The notes under the pieces are model-generated. The model was not told the origin of the DNA. It saw only the letters and a program-made list of their open reading frames with translations, and did no database searches. Position numbers and translations under genes: made by a program. From the IMG/VR virus record IMGVR_UViG_3300048586_000912, positions 1-58,246 of that record: DNA of 58,246 nucleotides, one strand, 5' to 3'. Source of the stretch: a virus (lineage: Duplodnaviria > Caudoviricetes). Positions within the stretch are counted from its first letter, which is position 1, and each line of letters opens with the position of its first letter. Positions 1 to 9,649 of this stretch are shown here, in pieces.

Positions 1-561
1 TCATGATGGCGTCCAGATTTGACCAGCGCCTCCTGGAGCACCAAACCGCCGCCACCGGTCCACATCGCCGAAAAATCGTTCGTCCATGGTGTTGACGAGG
101 TCGGCCTCGCAGGCGATCTCGCCGCGCTCGGAGATGTGGCCAGCGGCGCCGGACGAGACCTCGTCGCCAGCCGCCACGATCCGGATCACCCGCCCGCCCA
201 GCCGCCGGATGGCCGCCACCTCGTTGGGAAACCGCACGTCGTCGGCCACCACGCGCGGCTTGCCGGCGACGGCGTGTTCCCAGGCGCGGGTCCACAGATC
301 GGGGGCGATCATGTCGCGGCCCCATTCGGTGCCAAGCCACTGCATCGCCTGGCGCGGGGTGCGGCCGCCGAGCAGGGCGCAGGGCATCTCCTTCAGGGCG
401 CCGTCCACCTCCTCTTCAGTGCAGCCGAGCGCGCGCATCATCGCCTTCAGCGGCCCGGCGAAGCGCACGCGCTCGAAGCCGTGATGGCGCACCAAATGCA
501 GCGCCGCCGTGGTCTTGCCCGCGCCGGCGCGGCCGGCAAACCCGATGACGATCTGGCTCAC
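1..561 (-). CDS. Deoxynucleotide monophosphate kinase
   Basis: P-loop GRAGAGKTT, FAGPLK, TPRQAMQWLGTEWGR and DDVRFPNE motifs; GTG start overlaps the upstream stop (GTGA). Confidence 0.88.
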   Translation of the reverse strand: MSQIVIGFAGRAGAGKTTAALHLVRHHGFERVRFAGPLKAMMRALGCTEEEVDGALKEMPCALLGGRTPRQAMQWLGTEWGRDMIAPDLWTRAWEHAVAGKPRVVADDVRFPNEVAAIRRLGGRVIRIVAAGDEVSSGAAGHISERGEIACEADLVNTMDERFFGDVDRWRRFGAPGGAGQIWTPS

Positions 562-1826
562 GCCGCCTGTCCCTCCATGTCGTGCAGGATGGCCCGGATG
601 GAGCGGCCTTCCTCGCCGCCCTCCCGGTGATAGGTGATGGTCTGCATGGCCGCGCCGGAGAGGAAGCCGGCGCCGAAGTGCCAGGCGTCCTGCGGCGCGG
701 GCGCGCGGTGCACCTCGACGATGGCGCCACCCGCCTCGGAGGCCAGCAGCTCCTTGTGGTGGCGATGGAACGTATGGATGTAGCGGTGCCGGGAGGCGCC
801 CCAATCCTGCGGGCGGCGCGCGGCCATCACCGCCGGCATGTCGCGCGGGCGGATGGTGTGGCCGTGGGTGGCGCCGAGGAAGGTCGAGCCGAAGCGCAGC
901 CACCAGAACAGCGAGGGGTCGGTGTCCACCTCCACCCGCGGCTCGTGGCGATACCAGGCGAGCAGGAAGTGCGCGATGGCCACCGAGGTGTGCTCATCGT
1001 GATTGCCCGCCAGCACGCGCACCAGCACCTGCCCGCTGATGGCGAGAGCCTTGTCGATGGTGCGCACGATCATGCGCGCCGCCGCCTCCACCACCTTGGG
1101 ATAGCGCCCATCCACGTCCAGCGCGTGGCCCGAGCGATTGGTGCGGTTGAGGTTGTTGTCGGCGTGCACCAGGTCGCCGCCGATCAGCACCACCATCTGA
1201 CCGGCCGGCGGCGTGCCGGCGAGCACCTTGTCCACCGTGGCGTCATAGGTGGCCTCGGCGAGGCGCAGATCCCAGTTGCGCTGGGCATCCAGCCGCCACG
1301 AATAGAGCCCGAAATGCAGGTCGCCGAGCGGAAGCAGGTTGAGCAGGTCCGCCGCCACATCGGCCGGTGCCGGCGGCCAGGCGCCGGCCGGCGGGCCCTC
1401 ATAGCCCTCCAGCCCCGCCTTGAGCGCCGCCACTACGTCGAGCGGCTCCATCCCCTCTCGGGTCTTGATCCATTGCCCGACGATGCGCCCGTCCGGGTCC
1501 ACATAGGCCGAGACGCCCTTGACCACGTGGCCGCCGGGCACCTCGAACACCTCGCCCGGGGCGCGCTCCTGCTGCACCCATTCGCGCCGCACGGCGCCGT
1601 CCTCGTCCAGCTCGGCCGAGGTGCGGGTGAGCACGAAGCCCGGCAGCACCGGGCGCGTGCCGAGCAGGCCGAGGGAGGCGGCCGCCTCCAGTCGGCGGCG
1701 GAAGGTGGTGCGCGCCATGCCGAGCGCGCGCGCCGCCGGCCGCAGCTTGCGCCCCGCGGCCTCGTAGGCGGCAACCACGGGGGCGAGATCGTCAGGGGAA
1801 AAGGCCATGAACGCTCCGGCAATCAC
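558..1826 (-). CDS. Calcineurin-like metallophosphoesterase with N-terminal HTH
   Basis: GDLHFG, GGDLVH, GNHDEH, HGH and HRHH metal motifs; N-terminal LRPAARALGMARTTFRRRL; start could alternatively be 1808. Confidence 0.8.
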   Translation of the reverse strand: MIAGAFMAFSPDDLAPVVAAYEAAGRKLRPAARALGMARTTFRRRLEAAASLGLLGTRPVLPGFVLTRTSAELDEDGAVRREWVQQERAPGEVFEVPGGHVVKGVSAYVDPDGRIVGQWIKTREGMEPLDVVAALKAGLEGYEGPPAGAWPPAPADVAADLLNLLPLGDLHFGLYSWRLDAQRNWDLRLAEATYDATVDKVLAGTPPAGQMVVLIGGDLVHADNNLNRTNRSGHALDVDGRYPKVVEAAARMIVRTIDKALAISGQVLVRVLAGNHDEHTSVAIAHFLLAWYRHEPRVEVDTDPSLFWWLRFGSTFLGATHGHTIRPRDMPAVMAARRPQDWGASRHRYIHTFHRHHKELLASEAGGAIVEVHRAPAPQDAWHFGAGFLSGAAMQTITYHREGGEEGRSIRAILHDMEGQAA

Positions 1827-2239
1827 GGAAACAGGCGCTTGAGCGCGAGGCCGATGGCGGCAGCGATGTCGGACCAGAACGTCGTGAGCAGATAGCCCGC
1901 GCCGGCCACCAGCATGCCGGCGGCGGTGCCGGCGAGACCCACCGCGGCGCCGATGCGGGCGCGGAACAGCTTGAGGCCGGCAATGGCGGCCGCATGATCT
2001 TCCGCCGTCTTTTCGGCAGCCGTGTGCCGCTCCGCATGCGCCTTGACTGTCTCGGCCAGCGGCGCGACGCCCACCGCCAGCGCGGTGACACGGCCGTGCA
2101 GATCGTCCATGCGCTCCAGCATCAGGCGGCGGTCCTCGGCCAGCATGTGCTCGATGCGGCCGAGGCGATCATCCTGCGAGTGCTGCAGGGCCTCGATGGC
2201 GGCGAGCGCCGCCGGCGTCTGGGAGGGGCGCGGCGCCAT
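1823..2239 (-). CDS. Coiled-coil protein with C-terminal TM helix (lysis-associated)
   Basis: ATG 2239 coupled to upstream stop; C-terminal hydrophobic helix; lies in the lysis cassette. Confidence 0.6.
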   Translation of the reverse strand: MAPRPSQTPAALAAIEALQHSQDDRLGRIEHMLAEDRRLMLERMDDLHGRVTALAVGVAPLAETVKAHAERHTAAEKTAEDHAAAIAGLKLFRARIGAAVGLAGTAAGMLVAGAGYLLTTFWSDIAAAIGLALKRLFP

Positions 2240-2376
2240 CAGAAGATGAACCGCAGGAATGTGGAGGTCAGCGCGCAGACGGGCACAGCGGCGATCAGCA
2301 CCAGCCAGCCAATCAAACCGAAGGCGAGGAGCGCGAGCACTGCGGCGCCGCAGGCGATCGTGGCGAAGCGGATCAT
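2239..2376 (-). CDS. Small hydrophobic membrane peptide
   Basis: 45-aa MIRFATIACG..., overlaps both neighbours. Confidence 0.5.
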   Translation of the reverse strand: MIRFATIACGAAVLALLAFGLIGWLVLIAAVPVCALTSTFLRFIF

Positions 2377-2669
2377 CGCAGCGCCTCCAGATAGGCCGCG
2401 AGGCGCTCCGCGTCCGCATCGTGCAGGGTAATGACGCGGTCGAGGCAGCCCGATTTGTCCGCTTCGCTGCCCTTGAGCGCGTCGATCAGGCGATAGGCCT
2501 CGCGCTCCGAGAGGCGCCCCTGCCCCTTCGGCGCGGGCACGCGCTTGCGGGCGCAGGCGCGGATGTCGTCCGGGATCTCGGTGAGGGAGATGGAGGGCTT
2601 GGGCTTGGGCGCCGTGGCGCTGCAGCCGGCGAGCGCGAGGGCGACGGCGATGAGGATGAGCGTGCGCAT
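2373..2669 (-). CDS. o-spanin (Rz1-like lipoprotein)
   Basis: Signal peptide with lipobox LAGC, Pro-rich linker, follows the i-spanin. Confidence 0.8.
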   Translation of the reverse strand: MRTLILIAVALALAGCSATAPKPKPSISLTEIPDDIRACARKRVPAPKGQGRLSEREAYRLIDALKGSEADKSGCLDRVITLHDADAERLAAYLEALR

Positions 2670-3115
2670 CACCGGCTCCACAGATCACGGATGGCGGCGC
2701 TCGTGGCGGCGCTGATGGAGGGATCGTCGGGCAGCGAGGCGGCCACTTCCTCGGCCCTGCGGGCGCGCGCCTCGGCCGCAATGGCCTGCTCGGTCGCCTT
2801 GGCCGCGTCGGCGGCGAGGCTCGCCACCTTCTGGCGCTCGCTCTCCACCGTGGCCTCGAGGCCGCGCACCTTGGCGGCCAGCGCCTGGCGCTCGGCGAGC
2901 GCCGCCATGTTGCCGGCGCCGGCGGACCATGCGGAGGCATAGAGCGCAAGGCCGGCACCGATCATCACCGCAGTGCGGTAGGGCATCAGTGGCAGTCGCT
3001 GATAGATCAGCCCGCCGATGCCGGCGACGAGCAGCAGGCCGGAGGCCGCCAGCGTGAAGCCGGACGGCAGCCATGAGATGAGGCCCGCGAACAGGGCGGA
3101 GAATGCGGCGAGCAT
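2669..3115 (-). CDS. i-spanin (Rz-like)
   Basis: N-terminal TM helices followed by an Ala-rich coiled coil. Confidence 0.7.
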   Translation of the reverse strand: MLAAFSALFAGLISWLPSGFTLAASGLLLVAGIGGLIYQRLPLMPYRTAVMIGAGLALYASAWSAGAGNMAALAERQALAAKVRGLEATVESERQKVASLAADAAKATEQAIAAEARARRAEEVAASLPDDPSISAATSAAIRDLWSR

Positions 3116-3127
3116 GGCGGCTTTCCT

Positions 3128-3445
3128 TCAGCCGGCGAAATCGCGCGGCGGCTGGGAGGACGGGGGCGGCTCAAGGGGCGGCGCCGGCGCATAGGGCGTG
3201 CCGGAGCGCGTGGCGAAGATGGCGGCGATGTCCTGCGCCGTGGCGAACCCGAGATAGCCGAGCGCCACGGACGCCACGAGCAGGATCCAGCCCCAGGCGA
3301 TGGTCTCGTTGACCCGCGTGTCGGAGGCCGATTCCAAAGCCACGAGGCGCCAGCAGGCGAATCCGAGCAAAGCCACGGCGACGAGACGCCGCCACAGCCA
3401 GGAAGGTTCCCCAGGCGGGCGGCGCCTGCCGCGCTCAGGCCTCAT
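3128..3445 (-). CDS. Putative holin
   Basis: 105 aa, two TM helices, directly after the endolysin. Confidence 0.6.
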   Translation of the reverse strand: MRPERGRRRPPGEPSWLWRRLVAVALLGFACWRLVALESASDTRVNETIAWGWILLVASVALGYLGFATAQDIAAIFATRSGTPYAPAPPLEPPPSSQPPRDFAG

Positions 3446-3929
3446 TGGCGGAGAGGCGCCCGTCGCTGCGCATCAGCGGCAGGGCGAAGCCGGCAGCGGG
3501 TAGCGGCACGCCAGCCGGCCAGCGATAGCCGAGCACGCGGTCTCGCCCGAAGGGCTTGATGTTGACCGCATCGCCCTGGTTTCCACCGAGCACCATGAGA
3601 TTGCCGCCGCCGTCCACGCCCACGACGAAGCCCACATGGCCCGACCAGCCCGAGGGCGAGCCGCGCCAGAACACGACGACGCAGCCCTCGACCGGACGAT
3701 CAAGCTTGGCACCCCATTTGAGGTAGGAGCGCGCCGCGGCGGAGCGGGTGGACTTGATGCCCACCTCCTCCAGCACGCCGCCCACGAAAGCGGCGCACCA
3801 GGGCGTTTCGTCGTCGCGGAAGTCGGCGAAGATGCGCTGCCACCAGCCCAGGATGGTGGGGTTGTGGCGCGCACCGGGGACTTCGCGCAGCCCGATATAG
3901 GAGCGTGCGCGGTCGATCCATGGTGTCAT
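3435..3929 (-). CDS. Endolysin, TIGR02594 / NlpC-P60-like peptidase
   Basis: DDETPWCAAFV...GHVGFV...VLGGNQ motifs; start MTPWIDRARSYIGLRE. Confidence 0.9.
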   Translation of the reverse strand: MTPWIDRARSYIGLREVPGARHNPTILGWWQRIFADFRDDETPWCAAFVGGVLEEVGIKSTRSAAARSYLKWGAKLDRPVEGCVVVFWRGSPSGWSGHVGFVVGVDGGGNLMVLGGNQGDAVNIKPFGRDRVLGYRWPAGVPLPAAGFALPLMRSDGRLSANEA

Positions 3930-3964
3930 GGCGAACCTCTCAGACTGTCGGGGATGAAAGCCGC

Positions 3965-4330
3965 TCAGGCGGCGGCGAACACGCATTCCGGCGTGACCGG
4001 AAATACCCGAGCCTCCCCGAAGTCGGGGATCGCCGCGGCCGGCCCGTGCCACAGGACGTTGACGTGGAAGCCGGCGACCGGCGCCAGCACCGGCAGGGGG
4101 CCAAGCTCCGGATCGGTCTCGACCGTCTCGCCGGTCGGGCGGAAGATCGTCCCGTCCGCGCCCACCACGGCGATGTCGTAGCGGTGGCCCTGATAGGTGC
4201 CGCAGGACGGCCACGTGGGCACGCCGTCCGGCCCTTCGACGGTGCCGGAGCCGTAGAGCGCGAAGGCCGCCTGTGCGCCCTCGCGGTCGGGAAAGCGCAG
4301 GAAGATCGTGATTGGGACCGCCGTGCTCAT
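3965..4330 (-). CDS. Fibre-associated small protein (possible chaperone)
   Basis: ATGA-coupled to the fibre gene; ends with GFHVNV...PVTPECVFA. Confidence 0.55.
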   Translation of the reverse strand: MSTAVPITIFLRFPDREGAQAAFALYGSGTVEGPDGVPTWPSCGTYQGHRYDIAVVGADGTIFRPTGETVETDPELGPLPVLAPVAGFHVNVLWHGPAAAIPDFGEARVFPVTPECVFAAA

Positions 4331-5640
4331 GCCCACCCCCTCGCCTGTGCGGTGAGCGCGGCGTTGGAGCCGCGCACCGGCCAGACCACCAGTTCGTCAA
4401 GTTCCAGTGCGCGGCCGGTGGCAAGGCCCTGATAGCCGCCAAGCCAGATGCCCGCTCGCGAGCGGTCGAGGGAGGCGCTGTCAAACTTCGCTGCCTCGCC
4501 GCTGACGGCACCCGCTCGCCCCGTACCATCCCATCCGATGGCTGCATAAACCTCACCGGGCAGGGTGACACCGGTAGACAAGATCAAACCCGAAGAACTG
4601 CTTCCGTCGAGCACGATATTGTTGCTGTTCGCCGATGCGCGCAGCAGCGCATATCCGGAGGGCAGACCGACCAGGGGCATGTTGACGGACGACACCAGCA
4701 CCCGCCCTCGCCACGCCAGCGAAGCCGCCGCGCCCTGCAATGTCGCCGCCGCGCCTGCGGAGAGCTGCACCACGTCGGCGATGCGAGAGCCCTGCGAACC
4801 GGCGGACAGGATGCGCGAGGTGGCCCGTGTGCCCACCTCGAACTGCCCCCACCCGACGTAGCCCCACCCCATGGGCGGGCTAGGCGCAGGCGTTCCGGTG
4901 AATGCGGGATCGGGCGATGTGGCAGGAAAATACAGAATGAGAGCGGAGGTGTTGGTGCCGTTGTTGGCGCACACCAGTTCGATCAGGGAAAAATCGCCGT
5001 AGTCCGTCCGGTAGATCGCGACGGGACTGCCGGACGTATCCCCAAGCGCCCCCGTGATGGGGTTGATCGTCAGGCGGAACTCCTGGGTCGTGCCGCCGGT
5101 GAACTGCACACGGAGTTGCGCACTGGAAACCGCCGTGGGGTCGTGCAGCACCAGGATCGACGCCACGTAGGTGGTCGTATCCGCCAACACAGACACCGTC
5201 TGCCGCACCAGAGCGACGCCGGACGTGGTGTTGTCGTTCACGCGGCACCACGGGGTGACGCCGTCAGGCCCGATAGGCCCGTCGGAAATTTCGCCTTGGG
5301 CGAGCACCCACTGGCGCGGATCGCTGTAGGTGAGGAGATTGGTCGCCGGCCCCTCGATCAAGAGGCGTCGTTTCCCGCCGCGCCACGTGAAGGCCGGCGT
5401 GTCGGCCGGGACGGTCGCCAGCGCACCGGAGGCGTCGAACACCCGTTTGGCGCCGGACGAGACGGCGAGGACCGAGGAGAGCGGCACTGGCGCGCCGGCA
5501 AGAGCGAAGCGCCAGCGGGCGAAGTCGGCCGCGAGGGCGGGCGTGACGCCGTCGAGGCGGTAAGCGTCCGCAAGCCACCAGGGCGACGCGCCCCGGCGCC
5601 GCGCGGAGAAGGGGCGCGCGAGCGCGAGCGCGCCGCGCAT
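4327..5640 (-). CDS. Head-spike fibre-like protein (RcGTA GhsB-like)
   Basis: YRLDGVTPALAADF, VPADTP..GKRRLLIEGPATNLL and GQFEVG..SRIADV segments resemble the RcGTA spike fibre as recalled. Confidence 0.65.
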   Translation of the reverse strand: MRGALALARPFSARRRGASPWWLADAYRLDGVTPALAADFARWRFALAGAPVPLSSVLAVSSGAKRVFDASGALATVPADTPAFTWRGGKRRLLIEGPATNLLTYSDPRQWVLAQGEISDGPIGPDGVTPWCRVNDNTTSGVALVRQTVSVLADTTTYVASILVLHDPTAVSSAQLRVQFTGGTTQEFRLTINPITGALGDTSGSPVAIYRTDYGDFSLIELVCANNGTNTSALILYFPATSPDPAFTGTPAPSPPMGWGYVGWGQFEVGTRATSRILSAGSQGSRIADVVQLSAGAAATLQGAAASLAWRGRVLVSSVNMPLVGLPSGYALLRASANSNNIVLDGSSSSGLILSTGVTLPGEVYAAIGWDGTGRAGAVSGEAAKFDSASLDRSRAGIWLGGYQGLATGRALELDELVVWPVRGSNAALTAQARGWA

Positions 5641-5972
5641 CAGCTCCAGAACTCCAGCGTCACGCGCGCCGCCACCTCGCTGATGGCGGCGATGTGGGTG
5701 ACGTCCTCCGGGATCTGCCGCGTCGCCGGGTTGAGCGCGCTGGCCGAGCCGTCCGCCACGTCGCCGGGCACGGCGGCGGCCACGGCCTCGCCGCCGAAGC
5801 GCACATAGACATCGGCGGAGCCGACGATGTTCACGAACCGCGCGCCCGCGGGCACAGCGACGCGCTCGGACACGCCTGGCGTCAGATTGAGCGCGCAGAC
5901 GTGATCCGACGGCAGCGGCGCGAGGCCGGCGCGGGTGGGCATGGCGGCGGTGCGCGAGAGGAAGTCACGCAT
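5640..5972 (-). CDS. Small beta-rich virion protein, possible spike base
   Basis: GGAG SD upstream; coupled to the fibre gene (TGATG). Confidence 0.5.
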   Translation of the reverse strand: MRDFLSRTAAMPTRAGLAPLPSDHVCALNLTPGVSERVAVPAGARFVNIVGSADVYVRFGGEAVAAAVPGDVADGSASALNPATRQIPEDVTHIAAISEVAARVTLEFWS

Positions 5973-5999
5973 GAGTAGCATCTCCGGAAAGAGGTTGGC

Positions 6000-7022
6000 T
6001 CAAGAGGCCTTGCGGGTGTCCGCCCCGGGCGCGGGGCGCTTGAGATCGATGGTGGTGGTGAAGCCCTCGCCGCGCGACAGGCTGTGCCGGATCGAGGCGG
6101 CCTGATAGGTGCCGTCGAGGCCGGGCCGCGTGCCGGAGACGGTCACCGGCGCGCCGGGCTGGGCGGCCACATTGCCGAGGATGGTGACGGAGCCCTCGCC
6201 CTTGTCGCGCGCGCTCTCGGCGGCGCCGCCCTCGGCCCGCTTGTCGGCCGCGTCCTCGTCGTCGGCGGGGCGCAAAGAGAGCACGTCGGAGGATTCCATC
6301 TCCTCCACGTCCTTGTCCTTGTAGGTGTACTTCGCCTTCTTCGGGTCCCACGTGCGCACCCTGACGCGCCGCCAGCGCGGCTTGCCGCGCACCGGCGTGA
6401 GCGACCAGCGTTCCAGGTTCACGCCCGCCGCCGCAAGGATGGGCACCAGCGGCCGGCCGGAGGCGGAGAGCCCACCATTGCGCGGGATCAGCAGCGCCTG
6501 GCGGCCCATGATCTTGAAGGTGGCGCCGAGATCCTCGGCGAGCATGGCGCCGAAGCCCTCGAAGGAGAGGCCATCGAGGGCGAGATAGTCGCGCCGGATG
6601 GAGGCAAGCTGCGGGTGCACGCGCACCGAGAGGCCAGCGGCCTGCGCCGCCTTGCTGAGGGCGTCCTCCACGCTCACATCGTCGAAATGGCGTTCGGCCG
6701 GCTTCTTGGCATCGCCCTGCGGATCGGCGCTTTTCGCCTCCACATGCAGTTCGCGCCCGCCGCCGCGCGAGCCTTCGCCGCGCGGCACGTCGACGAAGCC
6801 GGAGAAGACATGCGCCGCGCCGGTTTCCGTGGTGCCGAGGTCGATCTCCACCGGCGCCCGCTCGGGCGGCATCTGCAGTCGGCCCATGCTGTCTTCCAGC
6901 ACCAGGCGCGCGGTGTCCGCGGACGGGTCGTCGGAGAGGTTGACCTCCAGCGAGAGGAGGAAGGGCGCGACGCGCGAGGATACGTCGATGCCGCCCACGC
7001 GCACGCGGTAGAGCGGGGTCAT
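6000..7022 (-). CDS. Phage late control / baseplate hub protein (P2 gpD family)
   Basis: Starts MTPLYRVRVGGID; ends HSLSRGEGFTTTIDL; follows tail protein X. Confidence 0.85.
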   Translation of the reverse strand: MTPLYRVRVGGIDVSSRVAPFLLSLEVNLSDDPSADTARLVLEDSMGRLQMPPERAPVEIDLGTTETGAAHVFSGFVDVPRGEGSRGGGRELHVEAKSADPQGDAKKPAERHFDDVSVEDALSKAAQAAGLSVRVHPQLASIRRDYLALDGLSFEGFGAMLAEDLGATFKIMGRQALLIPRNGGLSASGRPLVPILAAAGVNLERWSLTPVRGKPRWRRVRVRTWDPKKAKYTYKDKDVEEMESSDVLSLRPADDEDAADKRAEGGAAESARDKGEGSVTILGNVAAQPGAPVTVSGTRPGLDGTYQAASIRHSLSRGEGFTTTIDLKRPAPGADTRKAS

Positions 7023-7030
7023 CGTGCGTG

Positions 7031-7075
7031 GCCTTTCGCGCCGGCGCCGCCGGCCAACCCGCCGGCGCGAAAGGC
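7031..7075. repeat. Conserved-loop hairpin, copy 1
   Basis: Perfect 16-bp stem, loop CCGCCGGCCAACC. Confidence 0.85.
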
Positions 7076-7077
7076 GC

Positions 7078-7299
7078 TCAATCCCACAGCCGCACCACGG
7101 TGGGCGCGGCGGCCGAGGGCTGCGGCCGCGGCAGGCGCACCAATGTGCCCACCGGCAGCAGCGGGCCGTGGGCGGCAAGGCCGGGATTGACGTCCAGCGT
7201 CGCCTCCATCAGCCCCGGCATGGGCCCCTTGTGGCGGCGCCAGATGAGGAGGTCGAGCGCCGTGCCCTCGGCCTTCACCTCGACGATGTCGTAATCCAT
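7078..7299 (-). CDS. Tail protein X (LysM-like)
   Basis: LDLLIWR...NPGLA..GPLLPVGT..LP...VRLWD. Confidence 0.9.
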   Translation of the reverse strand: MDYDIVEVKAEGTALDLLIWRRHKGPMPGLMEATLDVNPGLAAHGPLLPVGTLVRLPRPQPSAAAPTVVRLWD

Positions 7300-7310
7300 G
7301 GCCCCACCCC

Positions 7311-7733
7311 TCACCCGAACAGGCTGACGAGGCTGCCGTACCAGGCGGACGCCGCCGGGCGCGGCGTGAGCGCGAAGGTGGCCTCGAACTCGATCAGCCG
7401 GCCGATGCCGCGCCCGTCGAGATGGGAGCCGCGCTCGCCGAGATTGGCCACCACGCGCCAGCCGAAGGGCGTGCCGTCGCCGCGCATGAGCGGCTGCGGC
7501 TGCTGTGCCTCGGCCATGCGGCGCAGGGCCTCCAGCGCCGAGAGGCCGCCGAGCTTGTGCGGGAAGAGCCGGCCCTCCAGCACGATGCGGTCCTCGCCCG
7601 GCCCCACCGCCTCCAGCGGCTGGCGCGCGCCCACAACGGGATGCGCCGCGAAGTCGTAGGAGGCGTCGCGGTCGATGCCGTGCACGTTGAACGGCCAGAC
7701 GGTGAATTGCAGGCCGCCGAACTGGTAGAGCAT
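7311..7733 (-). CDS. Tail protein, P2 GpU family
   Basis: HPVVGARQPLEAVGPGED and LMRGDG motifs; follows the tape measure gene. Confidence 0.88.
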   Translation of the reverse strand: MLYQFGGLQFTVWPFNVHGIDRDASYDFAAHPVVGARQPLEAVGPGEDRIVLEGRLFPHKLGGLSALEALRRMAEAQQPQPLMRGDGTPFGWRVVANLGERGSHLDGRGIGRLIEFEATFALTPRPAASAWYGSLVSLFG

Positions 7734-9649
7734 CAGGCGAGACCCGTTGACTTGTACATGCGGTCGCCCTCGAAGCGGACGATGCGGCGCGCATCCGAGC
7801 CGGTGAGCGCCCGGCTCTGCTTGCCCGGCGCGCCGCCGCCGGCCGGCGCCCCGCCGCCCGCGGGCGCGACGACGTTCGGGGCGATGGTGGGCGAGGCGGT
7901 GAAGGAGAGCTTGGCCTGAAGCTGCGCCACGAAGCGGTCGGCGAGCGCCAGCGTCTGCGCCATCTGCTGTTCCATGGCGGAGGTGAAGGCCGCCATGGCC
8001 GTGGCACCGGCGTTCGCCGCCTCGCTCTGCATGTTGAGGGCGCCCTTCAGGGGGCCGATGGAGCCGACGCCCACCATGTCCTCGGCCGTGGCGGGGCCCG
8101 GCGCCGCGAACTCGGCCTGGCGCGCGCGGCGGCCGGCTTCCAGATAGGCGTTGACCGCGGCGTCGAGCTCCTCCTGCGCCACGCGCAGATTGCCCAGCAC
8201 CACCATCTCGCCCGTGGTGGCGCGGCGCGGGTCGATCTTGCCGGCGCGGGTGGAGAGCGCGGCCACCGAGCCGCCGAGCTTCTCGTAGCGCTCGCGGGCG
8301 GCGCGCTCGTCCCTGAGCAGCGGGTTGCGGCGCTCCTCGTCCTCGCGGTCGAGGCGCGCCTTCATATCCGCGTCGGTCTCGCCGCCGAAATTACCGAGCT
8401 TGAGGGCCGCCTCGGCCGGCGTCATGCCGGTGTTGCGCTTGAACCAGGCGGCGAGGTCCTCGAGGTGTGCCTGCGCCTGCCGGATTTCCAATTGCAGGCG
8501 ATGCATGAAGCCGGTGGCGGCAGGCGCGGCGGCATCGCCGAGCTGCAATTGCAGATCGTTGAACACGGCGGAGAGACGGTCGAGCTTGTCCTGCGCGTCG
8601 CCGGCCACGCGCGCAAAGTCCTTCATGGTCGAGCCGTCGACATTCTTCAACGCGGCGGAGAACTGGCGCATGAGGTCCGGCATGGTCATGAGCGCACGCA
8701 TGCCGCGGGCAAACTCCATGTCGGTGAACAACTGCGGCAGCTTCGACATGTCGCCCTTCACCGCCTTGTTGGCGAGCGTGATGAAGGTCTCGAACAGGTC
8801 CTTGCCCTCCTTGCGGGCCTTCGCCATCTCCTTGCGCAAATCGATGCCGAACTTCGAGAACTTCTTGGCAGTCTCATCGCTCTCCATCTTGGAGAACACG
8901 TTCATGGCGGAAGCCGCGGCCTCCTCGGCGGTGCCGGTGCCGGCGCGGATGGTCTGGAGCACGGCGACGAAGCGCTTGAGCCCTTCCGCCCCCTTGAAGC
9001 CCACGGCCGCCGCCGCCGGGCCGAGCGAGGGCAGGAATCGCGCCATGTCCTTCAGCTCGAACTTGCCGAGCTTGCCGCCCGCCACCAGCGTGTCGAAGGC
9101 GCCCTGCATCTGCTCGCCGCTGATCTTGAAGTGCGAGGCGAGCGCATCGGCCGAAGTGGCGATGTCGTCCACCGATGCGTTGGCCGCCACCGCGGTGCGC
9201 GTCACCGCCGGCAGGAAGCTCATGGCCTCTGGCAGCGTGCGGCCCGCCGCCACCAGCGATTCCAGGCCTTCCAACGTCTTGTCGAGCCCGGGCGAGCCGG
9301 GCATCTGCGCCATGCGCTTCAGTTCCAACGTGGCGCGACGGGTCTGCTCGGCCGTGGCGTCGGCGGTGAGGCCCACATAGGTCATGCGCCGGTCAAGGGC
9401 GGCGAAGTCGGTCACCGCGTCCTTGACGATCTTGGCGCCGCCCGCCACCGCCGCCCCGGTCAGGAGCGTGCGCCCGCCGAGCGCCGCAAGCCCCCCTGCC
9501 CGCCCGCCGGCGGCCAGAAGGCCGCCCTTGACGCCGGAGGCACGGCGCGCGTCGGCATCAAGTCCTTTGATGGATTTCGCGGCCTTGGCCGCCGGGCCGG
9601 TGACCTGATCGACCAGGCGCAGCGTGAGGACGGAGGTGAGCGACCCCAT
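7733..9649 (-). CDS. Tail tape measure protein
   Basis: 638-aa Ala-rich helical protein with GKLGKFELKDMARFLP; synteny. Confidence 0.9.
   Translation of the reverse strand: MGSLTSVLTLRLVDQVTGPAAKAAKSIKGLDADARRASGVKGGLLAAGGRAGGLAALGGRTLLTGAAVAGGAKIVKDAVTDFAALDRRMTYVGLTADATAEQTRRATLELKRMAQMPGSPGLDKTLEGLESLVAAGRTLPEAMSFLPAVTRTAVAANASVDDIATSADALASHFKISGEQMQGAFDTLVAGGKLGKFELKDMARFLPSLGPAAAAVGFKGAEGLKRFVAVLQTIRAGTGTAEEAAASAMNVFSKMESDETAKKFSKFGIDLRKEMAKARKEGKDLFETFITLANKAVKGDMSKLPQLFTDMEFARGMRALMTMPDLMRQFSAALKNVDGSTMKDFARVAGDAQDKLDRLSAVFNDLQLQLGDAAAPAATGFMHRLQLEIRQAQAHLEDLAAWFKRNTGMTPAEAALKLGNFGGETDADMKARLDREDEERRNPLLRDERAARERYEKLGGSVAALSTRAGKIDPRRATTGEMVVLGNLRVAQEELDAAVNAYLEAGRRARQAEFAAPGPATAEDMVGVGSIGPLKGALNMQSEAANAGATAMAAFTSAMEQQMAQTLALADRFVAQLQAKLSFTASPTIAPNVVAPAGGGAPAGGGAPGKQSRALTGSDARRIVRFEGDRMYKSTGLA

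Noticed and set aside
1-100. Left attachment site
   Set aside because: No copy of the tRNA 3' end is visible; the window begins at a stop codon
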